The notes under the pieces: model-generated
The model's database searches: none
Seen by the model: the letters and a program-made list of their open reading frames with translations, nothing else
Told to the model about the DNA's origin: nothing
Shown here: piece by piece, positions 39,839 through 49,784 of the stretch
Layout of the letters: each line of letters opens with the position of its first letter
How positions within the stretch are numbered: the first letter of the stretch is position 1
Source of the DNA: an uncultured Alphaproteobacteria bacterium
GTDB lineage: Bacteria; Pseudomonadota; Alphaproteobacteria; HIMB59; GCA-002718135
DNA: 64,000 bases
Assembly: GCA_902521325.1 (NCBI GenBank)
Contig: CABYRE010000002.1
Coordinates: 40,588-104,587, forward strand
Direction of reading: 5' to 3'
Position numbers and translations under genes: made by a program

Positions 39839-40619
39839 AACCTACAGGGCAGTAAAAATACTTGGAAAGTGTGATATCATTATTTGTGAAAATCCAAAAC
39901 ATTCTCTTAAATTACTAAATAAATTAGGCATTAAAAAGAAATTAATAGCTTTACACGATTATAATGAGCATAAAGTTATAGATCAAATTAAAGTTCTGTT
40001 AAAAAATAAAAATTGTGTTCTAATTTCTGATGCAGGCTCGCCACTTATTTCAGATCCTGGATATAATTTAGTACAATATTGTATTGTGAATAATATTAGA
40101 GTCACATCTGTACCTGGCCCCTCGTCAATTGTGTCAAGTTTACAGTTATCCGGTTTACCAATATCAGAATTTACTTTTTTTGGTTTTGTTCCTAAATCTA
40201 GAAAAAAGATTGAGGATCTTATTAAAACCATTACTCAAGAAACAAAGACTTGTGTAGTTTTTGTCTCAAGCCATAAATTAATCATTTTTTTGGATTGCCT
40301 AGAAAATATTATGGCTGATAGACCAATATCAATATGCAAAGAACTTACAAAGATAAATGAATTTGTTTTTAGAGGGACTCCAAGCAATGTGAAAAATAAA
40401 ATATTAGAAGATAAAAAAAATATTAAAGGGGAATTTGTTGCTGTTATTGATAGACAAACATCAAAAAATCAAGATTTTGACAACATTGATTTGTATAATG
40501 AAGAACTAAAAAAGATGGCTACAAAATTTTCTTTGACCGACATCGTCGAAATAGTACATAAATTTACAAAAATTAATAAAAACAAAATTTACAAATGGTT
40601 ATTAAAATTAAAAAAATAG
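39777..40619 (+). CDS. rsmI: 16S rRNA (cytidine1402-2'-O)-methyltransferase.
   Basis: Contains SIVATPIGNLDDIT and the tetrapyrrole-methylase-like fold motifs ...SDAGSPLISDPG.... Confidence 0.88.
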   Translation: MKNIINGLSIVATPIGNLDDITYRAVKILGKCDIIICENPKHSLKLLNKLGIKKKLIALHDYNEHKVIDQIKVLLKNKNCVLISDAGSPLISDPGYNLVQYCIVNNIRVTSVPGPSSIVSSLQLSGLPISEFTFFGFVPKSRKKIEDLIKTITQETKTCVVFVSSHKLIIFLDCLENIMADRPISICKELTKINEFVFRGTPSNVKNKILEDKKNIKGEFVAVIDRQTSKNQDFDNIDLYNEELKKMATKFSLTDIVEIVHKFTKINKNKIYKWLLKLKK

Positions 40620-41194
40620 TTAAAATTTTATTTATTCCATTATTTTTAATCATTGCGTCTATTAATTATGGTTGTTCACCAGCAGGTGTGCTTGCTTCAG
40701 GTGGGGGTAGTGCAATGGTAGTTGCTGAGGGAGAAAGATCTCTTGGTACAGTTGTAGATGATGCTACTATTAAAGTTAATATTGCTGCTAAATTCTTAAA
40801 CGCAGGAAACAATCTTTTTGTAAATATAAATACCAGTGTTTTAGAGGGTAGAATTTTATTAACAGGTCTTGTTGATAATCAAGAAATTAGAATTGATGCA
40901 GTAAGATTAGTTTGGGAGGTTGAGGGGGTTAAAGAAGTTATAAACGAAATAGAAATTGGAAATAGAACGTCATTAAAAGATTATGCTAGTGATTTATGGA
41001 TTAATACACAAGCAAGAGCTATAGCGGCTAAAACCGTTGGAATTAAAGCAATTACGTTTAACTTTGAAACTATCCAAGGTAAGATTTATATAGCAGGCAT
41101 TACAACGCGCGAAGATCTATTAGATGAAATGATTATTGCTCTTAAAAACATAAAGGGTGTAAATGAAATCGTTAATTATGTAATTATAAAATAA
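40595..41194 (+). CDS. Dual-BON-domain lipoprotein (DolP/YraP/OsmY-like).
   Basis: Lipobox NYGCS. Two BON-like repeats (...VNINTSVLEGRILLTGLV... and ...FNFETIQGKIYIAGIT...). About 199 aa, similar to E. coli YraP. Confidence 0.65.
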   Translation: MVIKIKKIVKILFIPLFLIIASINYGCSPAGVLASGGGSAMVVAEGERSLGTVVDDATIKVNIAAKFLNAGNNLFVNINTSVLEGRILLTGLVDNQEIRIDAVRLVWEVEGVKEVINEIEIGNRTSLKDYASDLWINTQARAIAAKTVGIKAITFNFETIQGKIYIAGITTREDLLDEMIIALKNIKGVNEIVNYVIIK

Positions 41195-41204
41195 AAACTG
41201 AAAT

Positions 41205-41555
41205 TTATCTTAAACTTCCAATTTTTTCACCAGCTAAAATATGAATATGAAAATGTGCTACCTCTTGTCCGCCATCTTCTCCTGAATTTGTTATCAACCT
41301 ATAGCCAGTATGTTCAATATTAATATTATTTATTACAAGTTGGACGCTCTTAAAAAAAGTGGTGATATTTTCATCATCTGCTTTTTTTAAAAAATCAGAA
41401 AAGGTTGTACAAGGAAATTTTGGTATGCCTAATACATGAATTTTAGCTTGAGGGTTAATATCGTTAAAAAACAAACTGAATTCATCTTCATGAACTTTAT
41501 CACAAGGTATTTCTTTTCTTAGTATTTTTGCAAAAATATTGTTTTCATCATACAT
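41205..41555 (-). CDS. HIT-family nucleotide hydrolase/transferase.
   Basis: Histidine triad HFHIHIL and N-terminal IFAKILRKEIP. Confidence 0.85.
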   Translation of the reverse strand: MYDENNIFAKILRKEIPCDKVHEDEFSLFFNDINPQAKIHVLGIPKFPCTTFSDFLKKADDENITTFFKSVQLVINNINIEHTGYRLITNSGEDGGQEVAHFHIHILAGEKIGSLR

Positions 41556-41561
41556 TTTATA

Positions 41562-41834
41562 TTACTTTCTTTTATCAAGCTCTTTATGAATATCATTAAT
41601 AGTAATTTTTTTTGATTTTAATAAAATAAGAAGATGATAAATTACATCAACAGCTTCTTCTATTGTTCTTTTTTTTGATCCTTTTAAAAAATCTATAATT
41701 AATTCAGAGGATTCTTCTCCAAATTTTTGAGCTATCTTTTTAGGTCCTAATTTTAATAACTTGTTGGTGTAAGAATTTTTTTTTCTTGTTTGTACTCTGT
41801 TATTTATAATTTCATTTAAATCTTCAATTTTCAT
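41562..41834 (-). CDS. hisE: Phosphoribosyl-ATP pyrophosphatase.
   Basis: 90 aa. Contains SYTNKLL..G..KIAQKFGEESSE and EEAVDVIYHLLILL. Confidence 0.85.
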   Translation of the reverse strand: MKIEDLNEIINNRVQTRKKNSYTNKLLKLGPKKIAQKFGEESSELIIDFLKGSKKRTIEEAVDVIYHLLILLKSKKITINDIHKELDKRK

Positions 41835-41839
41835 AAAAT

Positions 41840-42595
41840 TTAGTCTCGAATGCTTATATTTTTATCTTTTAAATATTCTTTTACTTCTTTAATGCTAATT
41901 TCATTAAAATGAAAGACTGAGGCTGCTAATAATGCATCTGCTTTGCCTTTAACTACGCCGTCATAGAAATGATCTAGAGTTCCAACTCCACCGCTAGCTA
42001 TAATAGGTATCTTTATAAATTCTGATACTTTACCCAGTAGCGTATTATCAAAGCCAGATTTTGTGCCATCCTTATCCATTGATGTTAAAAGAATTTCCCC
42101 AGCCCCAAGTTTTTGAACTTTTTCTATCCAGCTTAAAGCAAGTAAATCAGTTTTCTTTGTCCCACCATGAGAATAAACAAACCAATCATTATTGTGTTTT
42201 TTTGCATCAACAGCCACAACAATGCACTGGTTTCCAAAATATTCAGAAGCCTCTTTAATAATATTGGGATTTTTAATTGCTGCAGAATTTATAGAAACTT
42301 TGTCGGCGCCAGCTTTAAGTAATGCTTGGATGTTTTCTATTGATGAAATTCCACCACCAACTGTAAGCGGAATAAAAACCTCGTTTGCAGTTTTTTTAAC
42401 TACATTGATCATAGTATCTCTATTTTCCAATGATGCACTAATATCTAAGAAACATATTTCATCAGCCCCATTATCAGAATAGTGTTTTGCCTGTTCAACA
42501 GGATCTCCTGCATCAATTAAATTTAAAAAATTGATACCCTTTACAACTCTTCCATCTTTAACGTCTAAGCATGGAATGATTCTTATTTTTACCAT
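41840..42595 (-). CDS. hisF: Imidazole glycerol phosphate synthase cyclase subunit.
   Basis: Contains [16 protein letters not shown] and [15 protein letters not shown]. Confidence 0.93.
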   Translation of the reverse strand: MVKIRIIPCLDVKDGRVVKGINFLNLIDAGDPVEQAKHYSDNGADEICFLDISASLENRDTMINVVKKTANEVFIPLTVGGGISSIENIQALLKAGADKVSINSAAIKNPNIIKEASEYFGNQCIVVAVDAKKHNNDWFVYSHGGTKKTDLLALSWIEKVQKLGAGEILLTSMDKDGTKSGFDNTLLGKVSEFIKIPIIASGGVGTLDHFYDGVVKGKADALLAASVFHFNEISIKEVKEYLKDKNISIRD

Positions 42596-42596
42596 T

Positions 42597-43337
42597 TTAG
42601 TTTAGAATTTTTTGTGCTTCTACCAAATCAATCTTTCCTTCATAAAAAGATTTACCTGAAATTATTCCTTCAATTTTTTTTGTGTTTAGTTTTTTTAAAT
42701 TTATTAGATCAGAGTAATCTGTTAAACCGCCTGCAATTATAATTTTTTTATTAAATTTTTTAATTAAGTTTATTTTTTTTATAAAATTATTAACAAAATC
42801 CAAATTTAAACCTTTTAGCATTCCATCATTTTGAATATCTGTAATTACATATCCTTTAATTTTTGAGTTAGTATAAATATCAAGAATATCTTGTATATTT
42901 TTTCCTGAATTTTTACCCCACCCTTTTATCATTATGTTATCTTCAAGAATATCTAATGATATATATACTTTATCCGCATAAATATTTGATAAAATTATAA
43001 CTTCATTTGGTTTTTCAACAGACATTGACCCAATAATCAAATTATTTATTCCAACTTCAAAATATTTTTTGGCTAAATCTAAACTTCGAACTCCGCCCCC
43101 TAATTGTATTGGTATTGAAATTGATTTTCTAATATTCTTTATTGTTTCAAAATTAACATTTGATCTACCAAAAGCAGCATCTAGATCAACCAAGTGTAGT
43201 TTTTTACAACCAATTTGTTCAAAGTAGATAGCTTGTTTTTCTGGGTCTTCATTGTAAACAATGCTGGAGTTATCTTTACCTTTGGAAAGTCTAACGCATT
43301 TATTGTCTTTTAAATCTATGGCTGGTATAATTTGCAC
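42597..43337 (-). CDS. hisA: ProFAR isomerase.
   Basis: Contains [24 protein letters not shown] and QLGGGVRS. Confidence 0.9.
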   Translation of the reverse strand: MQIIPAIDLKDNKCVRLSKGKDNSSIVYNEDPEKQAIYFEQIGCKKLHLVDLDAAFGRSNVNFETIKNIRKSISIPIQLGGGVRSLDLAKKYFEVGINNLIIGSMSVEKPNEVIILSNIYADKVYISLDILEDNIMIKGWGKNSGKNIQDILDIYTNSKIKGYVITDIQNDGMLKGLNLDFVNNFIKKINLIKKFNKKIIIAGGLTDYSDLINLKKLNTKKIEGIISGKSFYEGKIDLVEAQKILN

Positions 43338-43879
43338 TATAGATTTTTATAATAATAATAACCTTTTATAAAACTTCCGTTAATATAGGCATAATATGGG
43401 TTTTCACCCCATTTAGTATAATTTTTAACTGTAAAAAGTTTTATAGCTGCATCCTGTGTTTCTCTAACAGCTAACTGTAAAGATTTTATGTTGTCTTCTT
43501 TTGCAACTTGTTCAGTGTGGTCAATCATTGTTTTGGCTAAACCATAACCTCTTGCCCATGGGGCAACAAATTGTCTTCTTATACGCGCAATATTTTTCCT
43601 AGACTCAATATTAGGAGCCTCATACGCTAGCTGAAGAGTCCCGGCTATAACTCCGTTAAGTCTTCCAACAATAAGTTTGATATATTTATCATTTGTTCTT
43701 TTAGTCCAATAATCTATTAAAATATCTCTTGTGGGAACTCTTAACCAACCAAAACCACCTCCGGCTTTAATTGCTTGTTCTGTGATATTACAAAGATCTG
43801 CTAAATCTACATCTGTAAGTGTTTCGATATTATCAACTGAAATATTAATTTTTTCTTTTAGTTGTGTAGACATATTCAT
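43337..43879 (-). CDS. GNAT-family N-acetyltransferase embedded in the his operon.
   Basis: 180 aa. Its acetyl-CoA motif-A-like sequence is VAPWARGYGLAKTMI. Overlaps hisA by 1 nt and hisH by 4 nt. Confidence 0.7.
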   Translation of the reverse strand: MNMSTQLKEKINISVDNIETLTDVDLADLCNITEQAIKAGGGFGWLRVPTRDILIDYWTKRTNDKYIKLIVGRLNGVIAGTLQLAYEAPNIESRKNIARIRRQFVAPWARGYGLAKTMIDHTEQVAKEDNIKSLQLAVRETQDAAIKLFTVKNYTKWGENPYYAYINGSFIKGYYYYKNL

Positions 43880-44505
43880 GCTCCAATAAATTCTTTTAGT
43901 AAGTTTAATCCTTGGGAGGAACTTTTTTCAGGATGAAACTGCACGCCATATATATTTTCTTTACCAACTATTGAAGCAAAATTTGTTCCGTACTTAGTTT
44001 CTGCCAAAATATTGTCTTTATCAGCACATTCGAAATAATAAGAGTGAACGAAGTAATAGTCATTTTTAGTTGAGATTAAGTTATTATATTTTGAATTTGT
44101 TGGTATTACTAAGTTCCACCCCATATGAGGAAGTTTTAAATTATCTCCAGGCAATAATTTAATTTGACCGTCTATCCAACCTAGGCCTTCATGATCTCCA
44201 TTTTCTTCACTTATATTAGCTAACATTTGCATACCAACACAAATACCTAAAAATGGTTTCTTTTTTATTAATGCAAATTCACAAAGCTCATCTATCAAGC
44301 CATCAGTTTTTTTTAAACCATTCATGCATGTAGAAAAGGCTCCTTGGCCTGGCAATACAACATGGGTTGAATCTTTTACATCATTTAGTTTTTTTGAAAT
44401 TAAAACATCAACCTCAATATTGTTGTCTTTTGCTATCTTAACAAAAGATTTTTGAGCAGACAAAACATTGCCTGAGCCGTAATCGACAATAGTGATCTTT
44501 TTCAT
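43876..44505 (-). CDS. hisH: Imidazole glycerol phosphate synthase glutaminase subunit.
   Basis: Contains LGICVGMQ and VQFHPEKS. Confidence 0.92.
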   Translation of the reverse strand: MKKITIVDYGSGNVLSAQKSFVKIAKDNNIEVDVLISKKLNDVKDSTHVVLPGQGAFSTCMNGLKKTDGLIDELCEFALIKKKPFLGICVGMQMLANISEENGDHEGLGWIDGQIKLLPGDNLKLPHMGWNLVIPTNSKYNNLISTKNDYYFVHSYYFECADKDNILAETKYGTNFASIVGKENIYGVQFHPEKSSSQGLNLLKEFIGA

Positions 44506-44511
44506 TAAAAA

Positions 44512-45099
44512 TTAAAGAGTGCCTTTTGATGATGGTATGATATCTTTTCTTCTGTTATCTATTTCAACAGCAAATCTTAAACATTTAGCAAAGGCTTTAA
44601 AACATGATTCAATGATATGGTGATTGTTTTTTCCATATAGGTTTTCAATATGTAAATTACATTTAGTTTCATTTGAAAAGGCTTTAAAAAATTCATGGAA
44701 TAACTCTGTATCCATTTCACCAATTTTTTTTAAACCAAGATTAACATTCCACACAAGCTCAGGTCTTCCACTTAAATCAATAACACATCTCGATAAGCAT
44801 TCATCCATTGGAACATAGGAAAAGCCATATCTATTAATTCCTTTTTTATCATCTAGTGCTTTGTTTATAGCTAAAGCAATTGCGTAAGCAGTATCTTCAA
44901 CTGAATGATGAAGATCAACATTAGTGTCTCCTTCACATTTTAAATCTATATCTATCAAGCTGTGATGAGATAATAATTCCAGCATATGATCAAAAAAACC
45001 AATTTGTGTTGAAATTTTAGATTGTCCAACACCATCTAGGTTAACTTCACAACTTATCTTGGTTTCTTTAGTGTTTCTCTCAACTTTACCTTTTCGCAT
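44512..45099 (-). CDS. hisB: Imidazoleglycerol-phosphate dehydratase.
   Basis: Contains [12 protein letters not shown] and [11 protein letters not shown]. Confidence 0.9.
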   Translation of the reverse strand: MRKGKVERNTKETKISCEVNLDGVGQSKISTQIGFFDHMLELLSHHSLIDIDLKCEGDTNVDLHHSVEDTAYAIALAINKALDDKKGINRYGFSYVPMDECLSRCVIDLSGRPELVWNVNLGLKKIGEMDTELFHEFFKAFSNETKCNLHIENLYGKNNHHIIESCFKAFAKCLRFAVEIDNRRKDIIPSSKGTL

Positions 45100-45143
45100 T
45101 TTTGCCTAATATCAGTGAAATATGATTTATTCTAGGTAAATTA

Positions 45144-45171
45144 CTTGATAAAAATAATTAAATAGCCATCT
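45144..45171 (+). promoter_or_regulatory. Sigma-32-type promoter upstream of hslVU.
   Basis: CTTGAT (45144-45149), 14 nt, AGCCATCT (45164-45171), ending 9 nt before the hslV ATG. This is the weakest match of the three. Confidence 0.35.
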
Positions 45172-45180
45172 TATCAATTA

Positions 45181-45729
45181 ATGGAAAAAAACTTTATTAA
45201 ATCAACAACCATTGTAGGAATTAGAAAAGATAATCTCGTCGTTATTGCAGGTGATGGTCAGGCTAGTCTTGGTAATACCGTGATGAAATCAAATGTAAAA
45301 AAAATTAGAAGGCTTGGTGCCGATGAAACTGTTATATCTGGTTTTGCAGGATCTACTGCAGATGCATTCGCTTTATTTGAGAGATTAGAAGGAAAATTAG
45401 ATCAATATAAGAACCAACTTAAAAGAGCTTGTGTAGAATTAGCTAAAGATTGGAGAACAGATAGATATCTAAGAAGATTAGAAGCAATGATGATCGTAGC
45501 TGATAAGGATGTAAGTTTGTTGTTATCAGGCACTGGTGATGTAATTGAATCTGATGATGGAATACTTGCAATAGGCTCTGGAGGCCCATACGCAAATAGT
45601 GCTGCTAAAGCATTGATGAAAAATACAAAAATGAATGCAAAAGAAATTGCATTGGAATCACTTAATATAGCTGCAGATATTTGTATTTATACAAATCATA
45701 ATATTATTTCAGAAACTATTGAGCTTTAA
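45181..45729 (+). CDS. hslV: ATP-dependent protease subunit HslV.
   Basis: Contains [17 protein letters not shown] and GSGGPYA. Confidence 0.92.
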   Translation: MEKNFIKSTTIVGIRKDNLVVIAGDGQASLGNTVMKSNVKKIRRLGADETVISGFAGSTADAFALFERLEGKLDQYKNQLKRACVELAKDWRTDRYLRRLEAMMIVADKDVSLLLSGTGDVIESDDGILAIGSGGPYANSAAKALMKNTKMNAKEIALESLNIAADICIYTNHNIISETIEL

Positions 45730-45731
45730 AT

Positions 45732-47045
45732 ATGGAATCAAGTTTTAGCCCAAGAGAAATTGTTTCTGAATTAGATAAATTTATCATTGGTCAGAACAAT
45801 GCAAAAAAAGCTGTTGCAGTTGCATTAAGAAATAGATGGAGAAGAAAGCAGCTTGATGATTCTTTAAAAGAAGAAATTGTACCAAAAAATATTTTAATGG
45901 TTGGTCCAACAGGTTGTGGAAAAACAGAAATCTCACGAAGACTTGCTAAGTTAGCAAATGCACCTTTTGTAAAAGTCGAGGCGACTAAATTTACAGAAGT
46001 TGGTTATGTTGGAAGAGATGTTGAGCAAATAATAAGAGATCTGGTTGAAATAAGCATTACAAAAACAAAAATACAAATGGGTCAAGAGGTGAAAGCAAAA
46101 GCAGAAAAAAATGCAGAAGAAAGAATTTTAGATGTTTTGGTTTCTAAAAGCTCAACACCAGCTACTCGAGATAATTTTAGGAAAAAACTAAGATCAGGTG
46201 AACTAAATGATAATGAAGTTGAAATTCCAGTTTCAGCTAATGCAAATTTAAGTTTACCAACTATGGACATACCTGGCATGCCTGGTTCTCAAATGGGTAT
46301 GATTAATTTAGGTGATGTATTTGGAAAAGGTTTTGGCAATCAAAAGAAAATGAAAAAAATGAGTGTCAAAGATTCTCATGCATATTTGTTAAATGAAGAA
46401 ACCGATAAACTATTGGATAAAGATAAAATAAACTCAAGAGCATTGGATGATGTAGAGCAAAATGGCATCGTTTTTATAGATGAAATAGATAAAATTACTT
46501 CTAGAGCTGATAGAAGTGGCGCAGATGTTTCAAGAGAGGGTGTTCAAAGAGATTTATTACCACTCATTGAGGGAACTGCAGTTACTACAAAATATGGTGT
46601 TGTAAAAACAGATTATATTTTGTTCATTGCCTCCGGGGCGTTTCACTTATCAAAACCATCAGACATGCTACCTGAGCTTCAGGGTAGATTACCAATTAGA
46701 GTCGAGCTTGATAGTCTTAGTAAAAAAGATTTTAAACTTATTCTTACTGAAACACAAAACAGCTTGATTAAGCAGTATCAAGGACTTCTTGGAACAGAGA
46801 AGGTTGATTTGAAATTTGAAGAAGATGGAATTGATACCATCGCTTCTCTATCTACAGAGATAAATCAGAACGTAGAAAATATAGGCGCCAGAAGGCTCCA
46901 TACTGTAATGGAAAAACTACTTGAAGAGGTTAGTTATACAGCCTCAGATATCGGTCCTACAGAAATAATAATTAATAAAGAATACGTTGAAAATAGCTTA
47001 GGAGAGCTTATTAAAAGTCAGGACTTGTCAAAGTTTATATTGTAA
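45732..47045 (+). CDS. hslU: ATP-dependent protease ATPase subunit HslU.
   Basis: Walker [11 protein letters not shown], plus [10 protein letters not shown] and [11 protein letters not shown]. Confidence 0.93.
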   Translation: MESSFSPREIVSELDKFIIGQNNAKKAVAVALRNRWRRKQLDDSLKEEIVPKNILMVGPTGCGKTEISRRLAKLANAPFVKVEATKFTEVGYVGRDVEQIIRDLVEISITKTKIQMGQEVKAKAEKNAEERILDVLVSKSSTPATRDNFRKKLRSGELNDNEVEIPVSANANLSLPTMDIPGMPGSQMGMINLGDVFGKGFGNQKKMKKMSVKDSHAYLLNEETDKLLDKDKINSRALDDVEQNGIVFIDEIDKITSRADRSGADVSREGVQRDLLPLIEGTAVTTKYGVVKTDYILFIASGAFHLSKPSDMLPELQGRLPIRVELDSLSKKDFKLILTETQNSLIKQYQGLLGTEKVDLKFEEDGIDTIASLSTEINQNVENIGARRLHTVMEKLLEEVSYTASDIGPTEIIINKEYVENSLGELIKSQDLSKFIL

Positions 47046-47074
47046 AGCTCATTAAATTTTTTAATAGTTGTAAA

Positions 47075-48409
47075 ATGAGCATTTTTAAAAGCATCAAATT
47101 TGAATTACTTATTTTAGTATTAATTACATTAAGTATTTTTGCTTCTTTTAATTTAGATCTTTTTTTTTATAATTATTTTATAAACCTAAATGATTGGGCA
47201 AATGGATTTTTTCTAAAAGAATTTTTTTCAGAAATAACAAAACTTGGTAGTTCGTCTTGGTATTTTTCTATTACAATAATAGGCTTTGTTGTTTTTTATA
47301 TAAACAACAGACTTCAAATCATAAAAACTAAATCAACAAAAAATCTTTCTGATTTTTTTATTTCTTCCTTTGTATATATTTTGACAGTAGGGATAATTAC
47401 TCAAATTATAAAACATGTTGTAGGAAGGCCCAGACCAAATCATACTGATTTTGAAGACGTTTTTAGTTTTAAATATTTTACCATGGAATCAAATTTTCAT
47501 TCTTTTCCCTCTGGACACTCTTCTACGATATTTATTGTTTGCTTTATTTTGGTTTCTATTCTTCCAAAATTAAAATATTTTTTTTATTTTTTAGCTTCAA
47601 TTGTTGCTTTTAGTCGAGTTATTGTGAGCGCACATTTTTTTACAGATATTGTTGCTGGAGCAATTTTAGCTTTAATATTATTTAAGATTTTAAATAAATT
47701 AATAGAGAACAAATATAATAAATACAAATTATCAAATTTAATTCCTGAAAAAAATTCTGAGATTTTTTATTACATTCTAATTTTATTTTTTAGTTGTGTG
47801 TTTGTGACTGCCGGTCCATCCTTAGATTTATATGTATCATCTTTGTTTTATAAGGGTGCATCACAATTTGAACTACAAAGTTTTGATTTAACCTCAATAT
47901 TGTTTCGAGATATTTTACTACCACTAATACTGATTTATATTTTAATTTTACCGATAGTTGGGCGTTTCTTAAAAATTGATAGAATTTTTTTTAATTATAA
48001 ATTTTCTATTAAGGAAATATCTTTCTTATGGATTTCTCAAATTATTAGCGTTTTAATATTTGTAAATCTTATACTAAAAAATTTTTGGGGTAGGGCAAGA
48101 CCAAACGATGTAGTGGAGTTGGATGGCAAAGAGTCTTTTTCCCCTTGGTTTGAAATAACCAATGCTTGTGAAACAAACTGCTCCTTTGTTTCAGGTGATG
48201 CTTCTGTTGGGTTTTCAATTATTGTTTTATATTTAATTACAAAAAAAATAATTTTTCTTTATGGAAGCTTTGTTGCTGGTTTTGTATTTGGCTTGATTAG
48301 AATAATGGCTGGTGGTCATTTTTTAAGTGACATTTTTTTTGCTGGCTTTTTTATTGTAATTTTAAATATAATTTTATTTGAATTGTATAAAAAATATTAT
48401 GTTAAATAA
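47075..48409 (+). CDS. Membrane protein with two tandem PAP2 (acid phosphatase / lipid phosphatase) domains.
   Basis: Domain 1 has KHVVGRPRPN, PSGHSS and SRVIVSAHFFTD. Domain 2 has KNFWGRARPN, NCSFVSGDAS and IRIMAGGHFLSD. It is multi-TM throughout. Confidence 0.75.
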   Translation: MSIFKSIKFELLILVLITLSIFASFNLDLFFYNYFINLNDWANGFFLKEFFSEITKLGSSSWYFSITIIGFVVFYINNRLQIIKTKSTKNLSDFFISSFVYILTVGIITQIIKHVVGRPRPNHTDFEDVFSFKYFTMESNFHSFPSGHSSTIFIVCFILVSILPKLKYFFYFLASIVAFSRVIVSAHFFTDIVAGAILALILFKILNKLIENKYNKYKLSNLIPEKNSEIFYYILILFFSCVFVTAGPSLDLYVSSLFYKGASQFELQSFDLTSILFRDILLPLILIYILILPIVGRFLKIDRIFFNYKFSIKEISFLWISQIISVLIFVNLILKNFWGRARPNDVVELDGKESFSPWFEITNACETNCSFVSGDASVGFSIIVLYLITKKIIFLYGSFVAGFVFGLIRIMAGGHFLSDIFFAGFFIVILNIILFELYKKYYVK

Positions 48410-49784
48410 AATTTTGTTGCCATCATTTATTTTTTTACTTTTATTAAAAATTGGTGCCTTAAATTTTACTACCTTTAATTTGTTTGGTGATGAAGCACAG
48501 TATTGGTTATGGTCAAAAAATATTGACTTTGGTTATTTTTCGAAACCGCCATTTTTGTCCTGGATAATAAGGGTTTATACCGAAATATTAGGTAGTAGTT
48601 TTGTTTCATTAAAACTTCTCCCATCGTTTGTTTATTTATTGATTTCCTGGAGTATTTATAATCTTTTAATTAGCGCTGGAATAAACAAAAAAGATTCATT
48701 CGCGGGTTGTTTAATTTTTTTATTTATACCCGCTGTTTCTTTTTCATCTTTTATAATTAGTACTGATCTTTTTTTATTATTATTTTGGACACTTTCACTT
48801 AATGAATTAGTAAAGATCAATGGTGAACATAGTTTAAAAAATTTTATATTATTAGGTATTTTTCTGGGGTTAGGTTTTTTATCAAAATACGCAGCTATAT
48901 ATTTTGTGATTTGTTTATTTGTTTTAATTTTACTAGATAAAAGATTTAGAAAAATTTTTTTGGATAATTTATTTGGTTTTTGTCTTACCTTTTTATGTGT
49001 ATTTGTAATTATCGTACCAAATATTATTTGGAACTTTAATAATGACTGGATAACACTTCAGCATACTTCGGATAATGCAAATTTTGGAAATATTGAAATA
49101 GATCTCATTAGAGGTTTAGAATTTTTGTTAATTCAAGTTTTAATGTTAGGCCCGTTTATGGTTTTGGGTGGGATATTTGGATTTAATAAATGGAACTATA
49201 TTCAAAAAATTTTTCTAATATTTTCTATGCCTATAATTTTAATTGTTTTTGTAGAAGCTATTATTGTAAGAGCTAATGCAAATTGGGCTGCTCCAGCTTT
49301 AATTTCTTTATTTGCTCTTTTATATATTAGAATTAATAATTCTTTTTTAAAGATTGCTAATTATATGTTTAATTTTATTGTCTGCTTAATTCTTTTTGTA
49401 ATGATTGGAATTAGCTATCCGTCTAAAATTTTTGACCGAATAAGTGGTATAAATGATTATGCTCTAAAAATTTACAGTGGTTCTTCAGATGGTGTCATAA
49501 AAAATATAGTGGTTTCAGATCGGCTTTTATTTTCGAGCCTTAATTTTGAATTAAGAGATAAGGATATTAATTTCTATATGCCACATAAAGAAGGAGATGA
49601 AATAACAAATCACTTTAAAATAGTATCTCCCCTTAATAAAAATATAAATGAAAACTTTACTTTAATTGGGAGCCCCTCAGATATTAATTATTTAGAGAAA
49701 GAATATATGGTGTTAAAAATAAATTCACCTGATCAGAAATTTACAAAAAGAAAACTTGATGTTTACGAGGTTTTGTTTGAATAA
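48399..49784 (+). CDS. GT-C fold glycosyltransferase of the ArnT/PMT (PMT_2) family.
   Basis: N-terminal FGDEAQYWLWSKNIDFGYFSKPPFLSWI, followed by many TM helices and a soluble C-terminal domain. The ORF-track start at 48378 is a TTG. I prefer ATG at 48399, which overlaps the PAP2 gene by 11 nt. Confidence 0.7.
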   Translation: MLNKILLPSFIFLLLLKIGALNFTTFNLFGDEAQYWLWSKNIDFGYFSKPPFLSWIIRVYTEILGSSFVSLKLLPSFVYLLISWSIYNLLISAGINKKDSFAGCLIFLFIPAVSFSSFIISTDLFLLLFWTLSLNELVKINGEHSLKNFILLGIFLGLGFLSKYAAIYFVICLFVLILLDKRFRKIFLDNLFGFCLTFLCVFVIIVPNIIWNFNNDWITLQHTSDNANFGNIEIDLIRGLEFLLIQVLMLGPFMVLGGIFGFNKWNYIQKIFLIFSMPIILIVFVEAIIVRANANWAAPALISLFALLYIRINNSFLKIANYMFNFIVCLILFVMIGISYPSKIFDRISGINDYALKIYSGSSDGVIKNIVVSDRLLFSSLNFELRDKDINFYMPHKEGDEITNHFKIVSPLNKNINENFTLIGSPSDINYLEKEYMVLKINSPDQKFTKRKLDVYEVLFE

